Source of the DNA: Felis catus
Lineage: Eukaryota
Length of the DNA stretch: 64,000 bases
Assembly: GCF_018350175.1 (NCBI RefSeq)
Contig: NC_058383.1
Span: forward strand, 9,984,001 to 10,048,000
Reading direction: 5' to 3'
The first letter of the stretch is position 1, and the number at the start of each line of letters is the position of its first letter. Shown one piece after another: positions 58,930-64,000 of this stretch. The position numbers and the translations under genes were made by a program. The notes beneath the pieces are model-generated. The model made no database searches and was not told where the DNA came from. It saw only the letters and a program-made list of their open reading frames with translations.

Positions 58930-61900
58930 TTAGGAATAAATTTAACAAAGTACAAAATGTATACTTTGAAAACTACAAAATATTTGTTGAAAGAAAGTAA
59001 TGATCTAAATAAAGAAAACATCTGATGTTCATGGATCAGACGACAAAATATCATTAAGAGAGCAATACTCAAAACTGACCTATCTACAGGGACCTATCTA
59101 CAGTCAGTTGAGCGTCAGGCTTCAGCTCAGGTCACGATCTCACAGTTCAGGAGTTTGTGTCCTGCATTGGGCTCACTGCTGTCAGTGCAGAGCCTGCTTC
59201 AATCCTCTGCACGAACCCCGCCCCCCCGCCCCCCCCCCCCCCCCGCTCCTTCCCTGCTTGTATTCTCTCTCAAAAATAAAACTTTTAAAAATTTGTTTTT
59301 TTAATGTTTATTTATTTGAGAGAGAGACAGAGCATGAGTGGGGGAGGGGCAGAGAGAGAGGGAGACACAGAATCCGAAGCAGGCTCCAGGCTCTGAGCTG
59401 TCAGCCCAGAGCCCAATGCGGGGCTCGAACTCACAAACCGCGAGATCATGACCTGACCTGAAGTCGGTCACTCAACCGACTGAGCCACCCAGGCACCCCA
59501 GAAAGAAAACATTTTTTAAAAAAAGGAAATGATAAGGGCGCCTGGGTGGCTCGGTTGGTTGAGCGACTTCAGCTCAGGTCATGACCTCGCGGTTTTTGAG
59601 TTCGAGCCCCGCATCGGGCCCTGTGCTGACAGCTCGGAGCCTGGAGCCTGCTTCCAATTCTGTGTCTCCTTCTCTCTCTGCCCCTCCCCCACTTGTGCTA
59701 GGTCTCTCTCTCAAAAATAAATGTAAAAAAAAATTTTTTTTTAAAGGAAGTGATCTACAGATTCAACACAATCTCTATCAGAATCCTAGCTGCTTTCTTT
59801 GCAGAAATTAACTGATTCTAAAACCACTGTGGAATTATAAGGGACCCAGAACATATAAAACTATCTTGAAAAAGAACAAGTCAGAAAATTCACACTTCTC
59901 CAATTCCGAACTTATTACGAAGCAACAAGAATCTAGACAGAACTTATTACAAAGCAACAAGAATCTAGACACCGTGGTACTGGAGCTAAGGACAGACAGA
60001 TCAATACAACAGAACTGAGAGTCCGGAAATAAAAACAACGTGTCTATAGTCAAATGATGTGTTTTTTTTTTTAAGTTTATTCATTTATTTTGAGAGAGCA
60101 CAAGCGAGAGCAAGAGTGAGGGAGGGCAGAGAGAATTAGAATCCCAAGCAGGCTCCACACTGTCAGCACAGAGCCAATGTGGAGCTTGAACTCACAAATA
60201 GTGAGATCATGAACTGAGCCAAAATCGAGTTGGATGCTGTAGCCAACTGAACCACCAAGGTGCTCCACAGTCAAATGATTTTTGACAGGGGTGTCAAAAT
60301 CATTCAGTGGGGAAAGAGCAGTCATTTGAATAAATGATATTACAGCCACATGCAAAAGAATAAGGTTGGGTCCCTACCCTCATACCATATACAAAAATTA
60401 ACTCAGAATGAACCAAAGACCTAAATGTAAGAGTTAAAGACCTTGGATTTGGCAACAGATTCTTAGATATGACACTAAAACTAAGAACAACCAAAGAAAA
60501 AATAGATAAATTGGACTTTCAAACTTAAAATTTGGGCTTCAAAGGATACTACCAAGAAAGTAAAAAGACAACACAAAAGCTGGGTGAAAATATCTGCAGA
60601 TCATAGATCTGATAAGGGATTTATATCTAGAAAATATAAAGATCTCTTACAATTTAATAATAAAAAGACAACCCAATTTGAAAATGGACAAAAGATTGGA
60701 ATATTCCTGCAAAGAAACACAAATGACCAAGAGGCACATATGGAGATGCCTGATATCACTAGTCATCAAGGAAACACATATCAAAACCACAGTGACATAC
60801 TAATTCACAACCACTAGAATCAAGGAGTCATTTAATAACAAGTGTTGTTGATGCAGAAAAATTAGAATTCTCGTACACTACAGGCACATCTGTATGTAAA
60901 ATTGTGCAGCCACTTTGGAAAATGTCTAGCAGTTCCCCCAAACAGTTGAGGATAGCGAACATATGACCCAGCAATTCAATTCTGGTATATACCTAAGAGA
61001 AACAACAACGTCCACACAAGAACTCATATACCAATGCTTATAGCAGTCTTCATAGTAGCCAAAAGGTGGAAACAAATCAAACATCCATCAACTAATGAAT
61101 GGATAAACAAAATGTGGTATATCCAAACAATGGAGTATCATTCAGCCATAAAAGAAATGAAAACTGATAACTACCACAACATGGATGAACCTTGACAACA
61201 TTATGCTGAGTGAAAGAAACCAGACATAAAAGACCATGCATTCATTATAGGATTTCATTTATATATGTCAGAAAAGGCAAGTCTGGATGGACAGGGTGAT
61301 GATAGCTAAAGAGTACAGGGTTTCTTTCTGAGATGAGTATGTTCTAAAATTATGATGAAAGTTACACATATAAGGGGGAGGGGGTGCCAGGGTGGTTCAG
61401 TTGGTTAAGTGTCCGACTCTTGGTTTCAGCTCAGGTCATGATCTCAGTTTGTGAGTTTCAGCCCCACGTCGGGCTCTGTGCTGACAATGCAGAGACTGTT
61501 TGGGATTCTCTCTCTCCTCCTCTCTCTGACCCTCCCCTACTCACACTCTCTCTCTCTCTCAAGATAAACTTTCAAGTTTATTAAAAAAACACTCAGGACA
61601 CCTGGGTGGCTCAGTCGGTTAAACATCCGACTCAGCTCAGGTCATGATCTCGTGGTTCAGGAGTTCGAGCCCCATGTCCGGCTCTGTGCTGACAGCTCAA
61701 AGCCTGGTGCCTGCTTCAGATTCTGTGTCCCCTCTCTCTCTGCCCCTACCCCTCCCCTGCTGGCAATCTGTATCTTTCTCAAAAATAAAAGAAAACATTA
61801 ATAAAAAAATTTAAATAACACATTAAAAAAACAACTATGAGTTATTCACTTAATGGACACGTTGTATGATATGTGAACTATTTAATAAAGCTGTTTACAA

Positions 61901-62131
61901 AAATGTTCAAGTGTGCCTGGGTGGCTCAGTCGGCTTAGCATCTGACTTTGGCTCAGGTCATGATTTCATGGTTCGTGAGTTCAAGCCCCACAATGGGCTC
62001 ACTGCTGTCGGTGCAGAGCCTGCTTCAGTTCCTCTGTTTCCCGCCCCCCTCTACCCCACCCCTGCTCACAAGCATGGGTGCTCTCGCTCTCTCTCTCTCT
62101 CTCTCTCTCAAAATACTGAACATTAAAAAAA
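58930..62131 (+). mobile_element. Old L1 (ORF2 3' part and 3'UTR) carrying 7 Can-SINE insertions (59090-59745 x3, 60062-60266, 61381-62131 x3)
   Basis: L1 landmarks gttcatggatcaga, gatctacagattcaac, caccatatacaaaaattaactca, atgaatggataaacaaaatgtggtatatcca; frames disrupted. Confidence 0.85.
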
Positions 62132-62640
62132 TGTTCAGGTTTGACAGAGTTATCAAAGTCCCAAATTTTCACATTCTTAAACCTTAACAAGGGAAAGATT
62201 AATACCTGAGTTGGCAACTGTGCTGAGGGCTTCAAAGACCCTGCCATTCAATTGTTGTAACAATCTTAACAAGCATGTTAAGGGAACTGAGGCATGAATA
62301 AGTAACTTGCCCAAAAGAATACAGCTAAGTCAGAGGTAAGGTTTGAAACCAGGCCAGCGATTCCCAAATTATAGGTTATTTCCACTATGGCCATTTGTGA
62401 TTTTGGTCCTTTACTAAATCCAGAAAAGATGCCAATGTCACATTAATCTCAAACCATCCCTCACTGCAGAATGCCAGGCTGAACACGCCTGCCAGAATAC
62501 TGCCTAAGTGGGGTCTGGGTTACTGCATACAGAAATAACCGAACAACTGTGACAAAGAGAGACTGTACCCTGGCAATTTGCTTCCTTCTACTACCTTCTA
62601 AAGGGTTTCCCTTCTGCTCCCAACACAAGGCTTTCTTTAC

Positions 62641-64000
62641 CTTTCATTTCTCTCTCCTGGATCTCCCGCTCCTTCTTAGCCTGGATGGCGAGCAACCGCC
62701 TGCTCTTCACCGCGCTAATCATGTCTTCAGCTCCCACATCTACCTGGGGTTCAAACTTCACAACCTCTTTTTTCCTATCAGTTTTGCCCAGCCCATTCTC
62801 CTCTTTTCCATTTTCCTTGTTTCTGGCTTCCATTTCTTTCCTTTTCTGTTTCTCTGCTCTCTTCTTATCATTCTCTTCCTTCAGTACAGCAAGCCGCTCT
62901 TTCCACAACTCTGCAGACATCTGCTGTCTGGTTTCCATGTGGTCTTGCACCGAGTATGTCATGAGGATGCGGTGGCAGAGGGCCGTCAAGATCTGGAGCT
63001 TCTCTTCTGACGTCAGTTCAAAAAACTCCGAGGTCTCCAGCTTCTCTAGGAACTCATCTTGTACTTCATTATCCTCGAATGGTGCTGAATCTTTATTGTC
63101 GTCCGTGTCTGAGCCCTCGCTTTCTTCCTGAACATCAGATTTGCGCAAGCAGAGCCGCACCAGCTCCGAGACAGAATGTAGGGTCAGAGGGATTTCTGAC
63201 AGCTTCATTCCCAATTCGCCATAGTCTTCTGCTATTTCATCTTGCAATAAGGTCTGTAAGAGGATGACCAACACTCTATTCAGATATAAAAAGCCACCTT
63301 TTTCTGCACTCAAGGCTTCCATGAGGGACACAGCAGTAATAGGATACTGAGCATCTGGTAAGAGTAGCCCAGAGTAACAGCTCAAGAACTCCACCACCAT
63401 GGCCACGTCCCCAAACAGTGTGTTGGGCAGCCCTTCGGGGGTATCCACCAACCTAAACGCCGGAAGGCTTTTGCCAGTTAACTCTTGGTCCTCGTACCTC
63501 TTCTGCTTTTCCAGTTTCTCAAGCATTTCTTTCTCTCTCCTCTCCTTGGCTTTCTCCTTCAACTTTTCTTTCAGCTCCTCTCGTTTCTTTTTCAAATATT
63601 CTTTGCGCTGCTCTTCAGACATAGAGGCCCACCGCTTTTTATGTTCTAGAAGCTCAAAGCGTTTTTGAACAATACTTCGCAGCTCTTCTGGGAGACGAGC
63701 TCTATCTTCACTGGAGAGCAGACGAGCTGTTTTCGAGATAACACAGGACAGGGCACTCTTCTTGTCCTCCCTGTCTTTGTTTTCTTTGTAGTAGGCAATA
63801 AGGTGTAGGGCAGCAGGAGGCAGATGTTTATGGGGTTTACTAGAAGACCTGGGTGTACCCCCAGAATTCCGTGGGGCTCGGGTCATCTTCTGAGTGCCTT
63901 TGGCCATATCCAACAAAGTCATCTGCTTCATTTTGGTTTTAGGAGTCTTCAAGCCCTTTTTAGGAGATTTGGAATTACCTGTGGATTTCTGTCCATTAAG
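62641..64000 (-). CDS. BAZ1B: BAZ1B/WSTF large internal exon (exon 7 by human numbering), cut by the window edge; DDT domain and WHIM1 region
   Basis: Open from 64000 (LNGQKSTGNSKSPKKGLKTPKTKMKQM...LPNTLFGDVAMVVEFLSCYSGLLL...EREIQEREMK). Donor AAG|gtaaag. Confidence 0.97.

Noticed and set aside
1428..59244. Numerous poly-G/poly-C runs (e.g. 1428, 3084, 22283, 29273, 59229)
   Set aside because: Scattered homopolymers with no pattern; lengths are unreliable in assemblies.
62549..63668. Plus-strand ORFs opposite BAZ1B exon 7
   Set aside because: Phe/Ser/Leu-rich antisense shadows of the Lys/Glu-rich coding strand.

Overview
Mammalian genomic DNA, very likely from a felid: it carries about 40 carnivore Can-SINEs, many of the felid type. 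It matches the Williams-Beuren syntenic block. The window holds the complete single-exon FZD9 gene (+ strand, CDS 23330-25105, 591 aa, CpG island, poly(A) signal at 25442). Convergent with it is the 3' part of BAZ1B/WSTF (- strand): 13 coding exons that splice into one open frame of 1071 aa plus stop (DDT, WHIM, PHD, poly-Glu, bromodomain), a 3'UTR intron and a terminal UTR exon ending near 29530. The first ~22 kb is GC-rich non-coding DNA with old repeats (MER5A, MER58A, MLT1, MIR, L2, L1) and some candidate enhancer motifs. I see no evidence of a new multi-gene system. The best second-look items are: six consecutive BAZ1B exons starting with GT, two of which rebuild strong 5' splice sites after splicing (candidate recursive-splicing exons); a strong-Kozak uORF in the FZD9 leader; a tailless 7SK retrocopy inside an L1; a perfect 31-bp duplication at a BAZ1B splice acceptor; and an NMD-safe 3'UTR intron. 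Exon numbers follow the human gene from memory. Repeat boundaries and family names are by eye and approximate.
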